Shown: in pieces, positions 1 to 13,830 of the stretch
Layout: every line of letters begins with the position of its first letter
Position numbering within the stretch: the first letter of the stretch is position 1
Source: Eledone cirrhosa
Lineage: Eukaryota
Reading direction: 5' to 3'
NCBI GenBank assembly: GCA_964016885.1
Contig: OZ024750.1
Coordinates: 32,240,001-32,304,000, forward strand
Length of the DNA stretch: 64,000 nucleotides
The notes under the pieces: generated by a model
The model's database searches: none
The model's input: only the letters and a program-made list of their open reading frames with translations
What the model was told of the DNA's origin: nothing
Position numbers and translations under genes: made by a program

Positions 1-357
1 ATATATATATATATAATATATATATATATATAATATATATATATAATATATATAAATATATAATATATATATATATAATATATATAAATATATAATATAT
101 ATATATATATAATATATATATATATATAATATATATATATATATAATATATATATATATATAATATATATATATATAATATATATAAATATATAATATAT
201 ATATATATAATATATATAAATATATAATATATATATATATAATATATATATATATAATATATATATATATATAATATATATATTTAATATAATATATATA
301 TATATAATATATATATATATATAATATATATATAATATTAATATATATATAATATAT

Positions 358-431
<74 letters not shown>

Positions 432-528
432 AATATATATATATATATAATATATATATATATATATAATATATATATATAATATGTATATATATATAAT
501 ATATATATATATAATATATATAATATAT

Positions 529-560
<32 letters not shown>

Positions 561-581
561 ATATATATATATATAATATGT

Positions 582-613
<32 letters not shown>

Positions 614-668
614 ATATATATAATATATATATATAATATATATATATAATATATAATATATAATATAT

Positions 669-721
<53 letters not shown>

Positions 722-799
722 TATAATATATAATATATATATATATATATATATAATATATATATATAATATATATATATATATAATATATATATATAT

Positions 800-848
<49 letters not shown>

Positions 849-943
849 TAATATATATATATATATAATATATATATATATATATAATATATATATATAT
901 ATAATATATATATATATATAATATATATATATATAATATATAT

Positions 944-988
<45 letters not shown>

Positions 989-1074
989 TATATATATAAT
1001 ATATACATATATATATAATATATATATATATAATATATATATATATAATATATATATATATATATAATATATAT

Positions 1075-1138
<64 letters not shown>

Positions 1139-1146
1139 ATATATAT

Positions 1147-1203
<57 letters not shown>

Positions 1204-1218
1204 AAATATATATAAAAT

Positions 1219-1250
<32 letters not shown>

Positions 1251-1645
1251 ATATATATATATATAATATACATATATATATATATAATATATATAATATA
1301 TATAATATATAATATATATATATATATAATATATATATATATATAATATATATATATATATATAATATATATATATATATATAATATATATATATAATAT
1401 ATATATAATATATATATATAATATATATATATATAATATATATATATATATAATATATATATATATATAATATATATATATATATAATATATATATATAT
1501 TTATAATATATATATATATATATAATATATATATATATAATATATATAATATATATATATATATATAATATATATATATATATATAATATATATATATAT
1601 ATAATATATATATATATAATATATATATATATATATAATATATAT

Positions 1646-1702
<57 letters not shown>

Positions 1703-1731
1703 ATATATATATAATATATATTATATATAAT

Positions 1732-1763
<32 letters not shown>

Positions 1764-1851
1764 ATATATATATATATATATAATATACATATATATATAT
1801 ATATATATAATATATATATATATATATAATATATATATATATATAATATAT

Positions 1852-1896
<45 letters not shown>

Positions 1897-1948
1897 TATA
1901 TATATATAATATATATATATATATAATATATATATATATATAATATAT

Positions 1949-1982
<34 letters not shown>

Positions 1983-2250
1983 ATATATATCTATATAATA
2001 TATATATATATATAATATATATATATATATATAATATATATATATATATATAATATATATATATAATATATATATATATAATATATATATATATAATATA
2101 TATTATATATAATATATATATATAATATATATAATATATATATATATAATATATATATATATAATATATATATATATAATATATATATATATAATATATA
2201 TATATATAATATATATATATAATATAATATATATATAATATATATATATA

Positions 2251-2289
<39 letters not shown>
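1..2289. repeat. Long interrupted (TA)n array (TA runs punctuated by TAAT) running into the assembly gap
   Basis: Directly visible; the ORFs here are IY read-through artefacts. Confidence 0.97.
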
Positions 2290-2489
2290 NNNNNNNNNNN
2301 NNNNNNNNNNNNNNNNNNNNNNNNNNNNNNNNNNNNNNNNNNNNNNNNNNNNNNNNNNNNNNNNNNNNNNNNNNNNNNNNNNNNNNNNNNNNNNNNNNNN
2401 NNNNNNNNNNNNNNNNNNNNNNNNNNNNNNNNNNNNNNNNNNNNNNNNNNNNNNNNNNNNNNNNNNNNNNNNNNNNNNNNNNNNNNNNN
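2290..2489. other. 200-N scaffold gap
   Basis: Run of exactly 200 n. Confidence 0.99.
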
Positions 2490-2689
2490 AACAGCAATCT
2501 AATAAATATTGCCTGTACAGGTAATCAAAATATGTATACATTTTTGGGGGGACACGTTGTGTATATATATATATATTTATAAATATATATATATACGTAT
2601 ACATACACACCTAGGCTCGTACAGACATGGTAAGTGGATGACATTTGAATTATACTAAATAAAAATCTCTTGCAATAGATTGAGTATTG

Positions 2690-2930
2690 TTTTCCTTGTG
2701 ATTTTGCTTGTGTTAACACTGGTCTGGAGATCAGGCAGATTTGGAGACTGGTCTGAGGTGCGAACCCAGATCATCAGCCAGCTGCTTGAGAAACATTTCT
2801 GACCAGGATTGAGCAATATATCTCTTATGTAACATCTACACTTTGTTCTTATCATATAGTCTCTACTCTGCATCGAGTGCTGACTTTGGCTCTCTCACCA
2901 GTGTCTTCGGATTTACTGAACTTTCTGCAA
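2690..2930 (+). mobile_element. PLE-like pseudo-LTR remnant, family A, with decayed HHR at 2719-2806
   Basis: Homologous to 58330-58570 (minus) and 5935-6130. Reads ctggt CTGGAGA tcaggcag...ctgcttga GAAAC attt CTG accag; core mutated relative to the 58.5 kb copy. Confidence 0.7.
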
Positions 2931-2960
2931 ACACATACATATATATATAGTGTCTATATA

Positions 2961-3138
2961 TAGGACCCCGACGGCTGAGCTCAAGCCTTTCGACGGCTAA
3001 TTCTGGACTCCAGAATTAGCCGTCGAAACGGCTTGAGTTCAGCCGTCGGGGTCCTACTCGTTCCCACTCTACTACCCTAAGTATTGAGTACTTTGGTATG
3101 TTATGGTCCATCTGGTTCCTTACCACATTTCCTTCGTT
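2961..3138 (+). mobile_element. Fold-back element, family B (about 47-bp arm palindrome plus unique tail) in TA repeat
   Basis: Arms 2961-3007 and 3009-3056; tail ccactctactaccctaagtattgagtac...cttcgtt shared with copies at 9.6, 35.7, 58.1 and 59.0 kb. Confidence 0.8.
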
Positions 3139-3179
3139 ATATATATGTGTGTGTGTGAGTGTGAGTGTGTGTATATATA

Positions 3180-3410
3180 TCGACAATAAATCGACAAGAA
3201 GGCAAACCCCGTCAAATCGGACTGAGGAAACAATGTTTCTATTCGTCTTTCCAATTGCTAATACTAGCTACCGGTCGCAAATCTAGGCAGAAGGAGCAAC
3301 ATGAAATAAAGTGTCTTGCTCAAGGACATAACGCATCGCCCGGTTCGGGAATAGAATTTAGAACCTCACGATTGCGAATAAAATTCTCTAACCGCTCAGC
3401 CACGAGCCTT
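3180..3410 (-). mobile_element. tRNA-derived CORE-type SINE (octopus OR-like)
   Basis: Minus strand has A/B-box-like head followed by tgtccttgagcaagacactttatttca; homologous to 7820-8060 (+) and 33600-33715. Confidence 0.75.
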
Positions 3411-4550
3411 CAAAATAAAATAAAAAATATATATATATATATATATATTGAAAATGTATTCCTAGATCTTCAATTGTGCTTGATGGCCATGGCTGGAATG
3501 ATATCGACCATCTGGTTGATCAGATGTTAGCAACATCAACATTTTAGTCTCTCCACAATGAGCTACTTCATCAATTACCAATAATATAGAATATTGATTA
3601 GTTTACACAAAATTACAATCAAAAGATTTCTCCGTTAAATTTAATTTCTAATCAATTGCCTCAACTTGAATAACAGTTTATCTAATTCATTTGAAGTTAT
3701 CTAAAATTAAATTAACTCAATTAAAATGTAATTATGCTATCCTTGAATTCAACAAGTGCCACTGAAAGGAACCTAATAATGTTATCTGTGAAATCTAGGA
3801 AATAAATTGACAGGATTGTTAAAACGACAAATGATATTTAATCGCATCCATTCAGGTTAAGATTTCAAATCTCGCTGGAGTTGGATTTCATTTGCCATTT
3901 TATTGTGTCTATTACATCAGGTCAGGCTTCTGCCTGCTACTGGCATCATACAACCTTCGCCATGCTCGAATGATTCGTGACTAAACTGATTCATTCACAA
4001 GAACTTGGTTTCCTCTAGTCGGGCTTCTCTCTGTTACTGGTACAATGAAACACAGTACCATATACTTTATTGTCGAGTGGTCAGCTTCTAAATTGGTCCT
4101 CCCACTAGACCCTGGTCGGGTGAAGAGGTTAAGTGGGACCCCAGCAGCACAAAAACAAGGGCTATTAAATCCTCAGTGTCAAAGCCATATATGTTAATTA
4201 GTCTCATCCACTCACAAGTGGCCAAGTGTGGTCTTACATGGCGAAAACCAAACAGAAAACTGCAGGACTCAGACAGGGAGGGGTTCCTCCAACAGCAATA
4301 AAAAAGCCCTGGTTTGGATTGGAATACTGGTATCGACATAATTAGTTGTTTGCACCCCTAATTATTTGATACTCTCTTCTCAATAAAATATATGACATTG
4401 ATCCTCTGCTAGAAATTCAACATAGCACATTTGCACCACTTAGTCAGAGATTTACTTGATATAGCATAAGGCATAATATATAGGATTGAAATATTTCCAA
4501 TTCAGCTCGTGCGCGTGTGTGTGTGCGTGTGTGTGTGTGTGCGTGTGTGT

Positions 4551-4878
4551 GTAGAGCGTTGAACAACTTGCTTTGTGACATAGAGTTACGGACCTCTATA
4601 TTCTGAGTTCAAATCCCACCAGTGTTATCGTTGCCTTTCATACTTTCGGGGTCAATAAAATAAAGTACCAGTAACGTACTGGAGTCGATTTAATCGAATA
4701 TACCCTCCCCGCAAAGTGTGTAAATCAAAAACCCTTATTTTTTTAAAATATAGAGGTCAAATTTTCCTTACATTCTTCCAGTCTCGATAAAAGAAAGTAC
4801 CAGTCAAGCAATGGATTTAATTTAATATATTTGCCCACACTCCAAACTTACTGGCCTTGTGTCTAAATTATAAATCAA
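4551..4878 (+). mobile_element. Dominant tRNA-derived SINE (Meta-domain-like), degenerate, with duplicated 3' part
   Basis: gagttcaaatccc B box and gcctttcat...ggggtc..taaaataaagtaccag core. Confidence 0.75.
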
Positions 4879-5524
4879 TATAATATCAAACACGAAGTTA
4901 TGCAAGTGGATGGTCTCAATAAATGAATAAATAATTACTGTTCTTTGAGCAGATGTATCCCAGTTTTATAATATTTTAAGCTAGAATTCGCTGTAATAGT
5001 ATTCAGATTTGTAATTCAGAATAATTTTATGAGCTATGCAGACTTCCTTCACGAGATATATATTCAAGCTGCTATATATCTAATTAACGGTAGTATATAT
5101 TTATTTCTAACGGCCATCTGTTACCCAGTTTATATAATTGAAAGCATAATTCCAAGTATAATGATGGAATTTCTATTACAATCATTATAACCAAATTGTT
5201 AAATATATATATATCACAGCATATCAAATATTGTTTATGTTCGTGAAAACATTACGTAATCATAAACTTCCTTCTCATTAGAACTCAGACAGGGGAGTGC
5301 TAGTAAAGTGTTGTCCTATTAGAGAGCAATACGGATATATTGATACAAAATGTTCATAATAATAAACGGTACATATTAGTATTATTAACATATGTGTGTT
5401 TAGGCATATACGTAATAACCTCCAAATATATAATGAAACAACACTAAAAATGTTTCATAGTGACCTCGAAGTGTTTCCATTTGCCGTTGTCTGACCTTGA
5501 ACTCTCACTTTCGACGATGGTTTT

Positions 5525-5660
5525 TCATGTTATGGTCTCGCTTGGGGATCCAGCCGGCGCAGCTGGAGACGGTTGCTTCTGACAGGACCTGCTGAAGGGA
5601 GTGTTTGAGGACTCCGCCGCCACGACCCTCTCAGAAATAAGGGGGTGAGGCTGAAATAAA
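5525..5660 (+). mobile_element. Rex3/Expander-like (RTE clade) LINE 3' end
   Basis: Translates LGIQPAQLETVASDRT..ECLRT.PPRPS; homologous to 31.5 and 62.3 kb. Confidence 0.7.
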
Positions 5661-5746
5661 TGTTATCTAAATAAAATAAAAGATAGTCATCCCCTTATTT
5701 AAACAGTTTTTCTCGTGATTAAACTGGTGCGTGGCTTTTGCTCCCC

Positions 5747-5780
<34 letters not shown>

Positions 5781-5784
<4 letters not shown>

Positions 5785-5896
5785 GTTTCTACTTTTGGCA
5801 CAGGGCCAGCAATTACCCAATTCATTGCTAGTACTTTATTCTATCGACCCCGGAAGGATGAAAGGCAAAGTTAACCTCGGCGGGATTTGAACTCAT
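5781..5896 (-). mobile_element. Dominant SINE, 5'-truncated
   Basis: aattgtttctacttttggcaca...gggatttgaactca. Confidence 0.85.
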
Positions 5897-5934
5897 ATAT
5901 TTATATATATAATAAGAACAAAGTAAGAATAGGG

Positions 5935-6130
5935 GATGTATTGCTCAATCCTAGTTACAAATGTTTCTCAAGTAGCCAACTCATGGTATGGGATGGTACC
6001 CCCAGACAAGACTCCAAGTCTCCTATGTAACACCTCCGCATTGTTCTGATTTTATACACTCTGCTCTGCATCGAGAGCTGACTTTTGTTCTCTCACCAGT
6101 TTTCTTCAGACTTACTGAACTTTCTGCATA
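5935..6130. mobile_element. Family A PLE remnant with internal inversion
   Basis: 5935-6020 matches the family A HHR 3' half on the minus strand; 6020-6130 matches the family A tail on the plus strand. Confidence 0.65.
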
Positions 6131-7819
6131 CACACACACACACACATACACACACATATATATATATATATATATATGCATGCATATGTATATGTGCATA
6201 TGTATGTGTATTATGTATGTGTGCATATGCGTGTGCATGCATGTGTATATATATAGTGGTACATGTGTATTTTGTATATCAGTCATGTAGGGAACGTATC
6301 AGAATAACTGGGCTAATGAAATTTCCGTGTGTTGGCGTTAGACACAACAGGTACTAATGCCAGCATATGGCGTTTTGTTTCTTATCACTTCAATCCACAA
6401 CGTTTAATGACAAGAATATGCCACATATAAGGAAAAACATCTTTTCACAAGTTTGATTAATGTGTTTACTGTGAAATATCATCGATTATATACGAGCATG
6501 TTCAAACGATATGGATTTCATTCCTATTAGAATATTTTCTATTTCATTAGTTGTATTCTCACACTTCGATTGAAATTGCATGCATTTGTAATGTTAACAT
6601 TTGACAAAAGTTATTTTAAAGCCACATATTTTGACGTGGTGGGGTACAGTCAAGGAAATTGATATATTTGATATACATATTCCCTTGACAAAGGAAATAT
6701 GAATGTAATGTTAACATCAGCTAGATGGTAAATCCTAACAATATTTTGATATTGATTTCTAACATAGACATAAGGACAGACATCGACGGGAGGTGGGGAA
6801 CTGGGAAGTCGACTCCAGAAGCTTTGCTTAGTGTATACTGACTCAGGATTAAGCAACAACGATTATAACCATAATCACTTTTATTCATATATGAAATTTG
6901 CCATATATAATTGTGCAAGATTTTATTGTAAATAAGCTAGACTTTTTGTTTCTCGGCTGGACTGTCGATTTATCAGCTGATAGTTAGTTTCTATTCTGTG
7001 TTATATTAATAAGTACTTACATTGTTTGTCTCTTTGATATAAAAATTATTTAAGCTCAGCTCCGAGAGCCAACAATATAAATTCATTTAATTATTGCGTA
7101 TCGTACATAGCTACAGTATATACAATAATCTTTAGTAGTGAGTCAGTCAATAATTAAGGAAATATAATCAATATCAGAATAATATTAGTTTCCAAGAGTT
7201 ACAAGACTTTATCGGAAAACAAGATAAACAATGTATAGACGTTAATACAAAATGTTATTACTATCAGCTGAAATGATTGATTCACGAATAAACAAATGTG
7301 AAGGTAATAACTTGATTGGAGGATAGCTATGAAGAGAATTGATACTATTGTTAATAACCGGTAAATGTTTTCCTTTGTTCAAGCATATAACAATAGCTTT
7401 TCTCACATATAACAAAAGCAAACAGGATGATTTCAAAGTCAATTTTATTTCTAGTAAGCCAGGTGCGAAATTCCAATAATTCTAAATGCAGAAATAAAAT
7501 AGTCACACAATCTGGTCAAATTAATCTCTTGTTAATATCATCTCTTTAATATCATCTTTTTAATCAGACTTGATTAACAGCAGCCTTTTCAGAATATATA
7601 AATATATAAGAGGTGTCATTCCCATTGATGTATTAATTACATCACACACAAATTAAATCTTAAAACGAAAAATAACTAAAGTTTTGAGGAAGTAAAATGG
7701 TAATATAACAAGTTAGATACCCAGATTTGTCTGATACCCAGCATTGTATGTAAATGTACATGTGAGGCTGTGCACAAGTGTAATTTCAATCGTGCAGGGT
7801 CGACATATTATTGCTTTTG

Positions 7820-8060
7820 CGAGGCTAAGAGGTTAGAGAATTGAATTCGCAATCATGAGGTTGTGATTTCAATTCCCGGACCGGGCGGTGTGTTATGACC
7901 TTCAGCAAGACACATTATTTCAAGTTGCTCCTTCTGCATAGATTTGCAACTGACAGATAGTATTAACAATTGGAAAGACCAATGGAAACATTTTTTCCTC
8001 GATCAAGCTTCACCCCACTCGTTAAGAGAATGAGGCCTGGGATTTTGTCGATTTTATCAT
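7820..8060 (+). mobile_element. CORE-type SINE (OR-like)
   Basis: Reverse-complement homolog of 3180-3410. Confidence 0.7.
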
Positions 8061-8116
8061 TACTAAGAAACTAATATATTAAGGCGACTTGAGCTACATT
8101 AATAATATAATTAATA

Positions 8117-8335
8117 GGGCGGTGGGTTGGCAGAATCGGTAGAGACTTGGACACCATGCTTTGCAGCATAAAGTTACGGTCCTTTACGGTCTGAGTCCAA
8201 GTCCCACCGAGGTTAATTTTGTCTTTCGTCCTTATGGGTTCGTAATAAATCACCAGTAATGCATTGGGGTAGATTTAATCAACGTTTCCCCTCCCCCAAA
8301 ATTGCTAGCGTTGTGCCAAAATCAGAAACCATTAT
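8117..8335 (+). mobile_element. Dominant SINE, full length
   Basis: gggcggtgggttggcagaatcggtagag head; flanked by aatataattaata direct repeat. Confidence 0.85.
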
Positions 8336-9563
8336 CAATATAATTAATAATTATGAAGAAAAATGCAAACTTAATTACATTTATTATATGCTGTGGTTGA
8401 CAGGTTTACTTTGTTTCGAGACAATTATTTAATGTGGAGAATAAATACAGGTAAATACATAAATAGGTAAATAGATAGATAGATAGAAAGATAGATGGCT
8501 TGATAATTGAGTAGATGGGTATTTAGATAGATAGATAGATACATAGATAGACATACAGATAGATATTTATATAAGTATATAGATAGGTTAAGATAGATTA
8601 AGACATACAGATAGAGCCTAAGTTCATAGTGAATGTCATAAGCTAGAGTATTACAAAATATTGACACATATATGATCACTTCAAATGCTATCAATGGCAT
8701 TTATTAATCCAATACACAGAAAACCCTCTTAATACACATTGTTACTCAACATAAAAAAGATCAATAACTCACCCATATTGACAAGCTACATTCAACAATG
8801 TACAATACAAATATGGTATATTAATGCTTCTAGTATTATAGTTATACAATCATTAACTTTTTTATTTGCACATATGTTTATTAATCTTCTTATGAAATTA
8901 ACATATGCATCATTCTTATAGATTTAATAAGAATGGGAATATGGGAAATGCCATTTATTACTTGCATTGAAATAAGTCATCACCAATGAGGGAAACGTGT
9001 TATAATAGTTCTTTTATCTATATCCACACAGACACTAATCTTCAGTTTTAACAAAGGAGAGGCTTTTCACCAAACATGTTGGTGAAATACTTATTAGAAC
9101 CTACATTGACTACAAAGACGTAATTTTATAAAACATGTAACGCTGGATGGTTTTGCAAACTTGTTCTTTAGTGATGTAGTTTACATATGGAACTTTATAG
9201 GTGTTGCAGCCCTATCTAGTTTCTGGTGTTTGTATCTTTCTATGAATTATCTCTGTAATGATTTTCCAAGTGTGACATACATACTGTAAGAACCAGTGTC
9301 ACCCAGGTATCTGCTTTTGCTATTCGTTGTGGTGTTACTATCTCTCCCCATTGACGCAAGTTTGGTTAATGGCATCATCGTAAGTGTGGTTCTTGCTAGG
9401 ACGTTCAGGTCCTTTATCTGTAGCTTGTTTTATTAGTGTACACAGATGTATGTGGTGATGACACCGTAGATATTTGACTATTTAAGTTTACTTCGGTATT
9501 GAGGATCATTAATATCACATACACAAACACTGACATTATATATATATATATATATATATATAT

Positions 9564-9725
9564 CAAGAAACGGGTTAGACCATATATACCAGAGTACTCG
9601 ATACTTGAGGTAGTAGAGTATGGTTATATGAATGAGTCAGGACCCCGACGGCTGAGCTCTTGCCGTTTCAACAGTTAGTTCCAGACTGCAAGATGGCAAT
9701 ACCGTAGCCGTTGGGCTCCTGACCC
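9564..9725 (-). mobile_element. Family B fold-back element between TA arrays
   Basis: accagagtactcgatactt..gtagtagagt and gaccccgacggctgagctc motifs. Confidence 0.75.
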
Positions 9726-9740
9726 TTTCTTTTATATATA

Positions 9741-9816
<76 letters not shown>

Positions 9817-10039
9817 ATATATAACCAAAGATTAGTATGGTTCGTTGATTACTCAATGAATACAATTTTACAATAGATTAGAAGCACTCAACTGGAATTT
9901 CCCTGGAGGTTTTAATATTATTCAAAATATTAACAAATGAAAAATATTCTCATAATCAAAATATATACTTTATTATATAGATAAATCTACCAAGAGTTTA
10001 CGGTAGTGTCCAATCCGTATGAAGAACTCAATGTAATCA

Positions 10040-10186
10040 ATTATTTCTGAAGACGGCATATGTATGTGTTGGTATGTAAATTAGATTTGAAAGTTTGTAT
10101 AATTTTGTATAATTTTGTACATAGATCTGTTGAATATGCATGCCAATTCTAACACATATATGTCCTAGAAACGATCGTTAAATAAT
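10040..10186 (+). ncRNA. Type I hammerhead ribozyme with about 115-nt stem II
   Basis: attattt CTGAAGA (10047-53) cggcatatgtatgtgtt...aacacatatatgtcc ta GAAAC gatc GTT aaataat; 7-bp stem I; palindromic stem III AACGATCGTT. Confidence 0.75.
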
Positions 10187-10249
10187 GAACTTTTTTTGTT
10201 TAATATAAGGAACTGTTTCATTGTTTTATTCATTATTTTTTTAATATTT

Positions 10250-10495
10250 TACTTTATTATATATATTTCAAAGGTACTGTGTTTTTTCAGTACGTCCTCA
10301 TCAGACAATAATATATGATTTGATATATGACATACCGCTACGGTCTTGATTATTCAATTCCATTCAATATACCACTGCCAATACTGGAATTGAATAATCA
10401 AGACCGTAGTAATGTCATATATCAAATCATATATTTTGTCTGATGAAGACATACAGAAAAAAAAACAGTACCTTTGAAATATATATAATAAAGTA
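10250..10495. ncRNA. Fold-back (about 110-bp arms) with mirror-image HHRs at 10432-10495 (+) and 10250-10310 (-)
   Basis: Plus copy reads tattttgt CTGATGA...GAAAT atat ATA ataaagta. Minus copy has stem II gtactg/cagtac. Nested in an outer inverted repeat 9916-9978 / 10483-10546. Confidence 0.65.
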
Positions 10496-10547
10496 TATAT
10501 TTTTATTATGAGAATATTTTTCATTTGTTAATATTTTGAATAATATA

Positions 10548-10582
<35 letters not shown>

Positions 10583-11249
10583 CTCGCTTCAAGATAATTT
10601 AAGTCACTATTTCTTTTTATTGTGTGCTAAATGATGAGGTGTTGATTAAATTTATTTGTTACAAAGTTTAGCCATAAGCCAAGACATTGTAAATTGTACG
10701 TATTTTAAATAGGCGATGCAAATATTTACTAAGTAATAAAGACAACCATATCTAACACCTTGAGATTTCAGTAATAAATATTAACTTACTTCGATGTGTC
10801 AGAAGCTACATAAAGATCGGAAAAATAAAAATTTAAATTAATTACAATGGTCATTCTGAAAAATAAAACTAACTTTGAAACCTTTAACAGCTTTAGACGT
10901 AGTTTAACATGACACCTTGATCATGGTGGAAAAATAGGCCTGGAAGCAATAAAGAAGGCTATATATGCAGAGGGAACAGGAATCATTTTACAGCTCACAC
11001 ATTTCTTACGAAGGACATAATACAACTTTTAAGATATAAAATAACAATGACATTGTTGAGTAAATACTTAATGGTAGTATAGTAAATATAAAGTGGCTAT
11101 GGTGACATAGATCTTGGTGTGAGGCAGGAGGGTCATGAGATTATATCTTACAGTGTATACAATATTGTTTCTACTTTAGGCAGACGGCCCGCAATTTGAA
11201 GGAGAGGGGAAAGTCTATTAAATCAACCCCAATACTTACTGGTGCTTTA

Positions 11250-11410
11250 TAAATATGGTAAAGGAGATGCGCTGGAAGAGCCATTCCATCTCGCGACGCT
11301 CACACCTGCGGCTAGCCAGCTCAACGCCTATGGTTGTAAGTAGGGAGGTAGACCTAGCGCCAATGCCACCAGTCTCCACTGCCAGGAGCACGATTGCAAG
11401 CCTGTCAGAG
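11250..11410 (-). mobile_element. CRE-clade non-LTR retrotransposon C-terminal fragment (restriction-like endonuclease region)
   Basis: LAVETGGIG...IGVELA...ERREMEWLFQRISFTI resembles the CRE ET.G..G...LFQRIS motif. Confidence 0.6.
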
Positions 11411-11653
11411 AGTGACCGATACTCGGAGAGTGACCGATACTCGGAGAGTATCTGATTGCAAAAGGTAAACGAAATTCTATGAAAATTAATTGGGGCGTTG
11501 TAATAATTTTTTCTACTTTTGGCACAAGACAAAACCGAACCACAGTAAATTTAACAAAGAGAGGACAAGACAACGACCGGAAAGCAATTTTTTAAGGGGA
11601 AACCTTAAAAAATGATTTTAAAAAAATATAAATACAAACGGACACGAAACTCC

Positions 11654-11697
11654 AGGGTCATCAGCCATTGAGGTGGACTTTGGCAGTTTCGACCCCT
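11654..11697 (-). ncRNA. Candidate type II hammerhead (imperfect stem I)
   Basis: Minus strand reads aggggtc GAAACT gccaa AGTC ca cctcaa tgg CTGATGA ccct. Confidence 0.4.
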
Positions 11698-13182
11698 CAC
11701 AACAATACTGCTAGTACACCCGGGCTCACATATATAATAACTCTAGTGGCATCCTAAGGGTGCCGTTTTGAGATATGCCCTTTCCTGGTCATTTAAAACA
11801 TGGTTATCCCTTCTCTATTTCTGAACACAGCCGATTTCTCCTGGAGAAAGGTAGAGAGGAAGTCAGAAATAAATATTGAGGAAAACTCAACCCCAGTATT
11901 GAATTGATACTTTTGTATCTACGAAAGGCAACGTTAGCCTTGATCGGATTTGAACTCAGAGAGTGCAGGGTATCCGGACGGATAACGCCAAATAATTTTA
12001 ACCGACGTTGTAACGAATATTACAATATCACCAACCGTAATCCAACATTACAGAGAGATAAAGAATCGGTGTCCTTGCAGGAATTATTTTCCAAACAATA
12101 TGCCAGATCAACTTACTACACATAAACGTTGTCATATTAATGTCAACAGATGCCAGAATATCATCCCATTCAAATGACTGCTTTTAATGGTGATGTGCTT
12201 AATAGGAAGTTTGATCTATAGAGAAACTGAAGTGGTGTACTCATCATAGATGACGTATAGTAACATAACGGATGTTTATTGATTGTATGAGAAGAATTCA
12301 CTACTAGTCAGTAGAGCGTGCTATATAGTTGTATTCTGTGAACATTTACGATGATGAGAATTTATCATACAACTTTGATGAAATATTTATTGATTTCAAT
12401 GCAAAAGACAGAAAGGTCATATGTCTGTGCTATTTAATATATATCTTATTATTTTTTTGATTAACTGGTGTAAGGATTGACAGAAATCATAACTATAAAA
12501 ATAAATTCAAACGAAATCAATTGTCTTCAAACGTAATGCACGAACACAGCGTCATTATTTAAAGTGCGTTTAAACATTTGGAAGAAAGCAAATTATAATT
12601 TCTATTAATCTAGTAATCTTTAATAAACAGAAATAGTAAAACAAATAAATAAAACAATAACAAGTAATCTTTACCATTGCTACCCTGATAGCACGAACTC
12701 AGACAGTATGGGAGAATGCGATGTGGTGTACAGAACTACAGCCGCAATCTGCCTAGTGGTTCCAGCGGATAGAATGCAGAAACGTTATCCTAAATGATGG
12801 GCAAAAGTGACGAGTTAAAATAGCCATTTCAACTTGCAAGTCTCACTTCTGTGGGTGGACAACTCTGCCCAGATAGCATTGAGTAGTGACGCGGTACGGT
12901 AACCAAGAATACCAGAAGTCTCTCATCCTAGTACTTCAACAACAAGTCTATAAGAATGTAGATTGTGAGCTTGTCTGTCAACGTAACCTTGGTATTTTGC
13001 CGAATGCACTAATTTGCCGCTCGAAAAAGTATCGCATATAATGCTGCATCTCAGAGAATTCTTAGCAACCTGTATTTCAACGATGATATCAACTTCAACT
13101 TACTGGGAGGCAGAAAATGGAGAGAAGTGGGAAGAATGATAAAGATGTGGTGGGTAGTATTAATTATTATTAGGATTATTGT

Positions 13183-13830
13183 GGGTGGTGTGTTGGCAGT
13201 ATCGGTAGAGCGTCGGACAACATACCTTGCGGCATATAATTACGGCCCTTTGCAGCCGAAGTTCAAATCCCACTGCGATTAGCTTTGCCTTTCAACTGCA
13301 CGGAGTCGATAAAATAAAGTACCAATAACGCACTGGGGCGATTTAATCGACTTTTCCTTCCAAACATTATTGGCCTTTTGTATAAATCAGAAACTATTAA
13401 CATTCGGGACTCTGGATTGGCAGTATTGGTAGAGCATCAGAAAGTATGCTTTGCGGCATATAATTACGACCCTGAATATTCTAAAATCCCACCGGGGAAT
13501 TAGCTTCACCTTTCTTCTTTACGAGATCTATAAAATAAAGTACCATTAATGTACTGTGGTCGATTTAATCAAGTTTACCCATCCCAAATTTGTCGACTTT
13601 GTGCCTAAATCAGACACCATTATTTAAAGTGTGGTTGTCTGGCAGTATTGGTAGAGCGTCGGACAACACGCCTTGCGGCATATAATTACGGCGCTGTACG
13701 TTCTAAGATCTATTTCCAACATGACATTAGCTTCGCCTTTCATCTTTACGAGATCGATAAAATAAAGTATCAGTAATCACTGAGGTCAGTTTAATCGACT
13801 TTTCCCATCCGTTCAAATTACTGGCATTTT
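13183..13830 (+). mobile_element. Three tandem diverged copies of the dominant SINE
   Basis: tggcagta.tggtagagc heads at about 13193, 13418 and 13640. Confidence 0.8.

Noticed and set aside
2490-2562. Tc1/mariner-like TIR end beside the gap
   Set aside because: Only one degenerate end is visible; the partner would lie in the gap
420-2610. Long IY-rich ORFs, and similar YI/CV/HT/SL ORFs throughout the window
   Set aside because: Dinucleotide microsatellites lack stop codons; some ORFs run through the N gap
8117-8200. tRNA-like A/B boxes
   Set aside because: These are SINE heads without a complete cloverleaf, not tRNA genes
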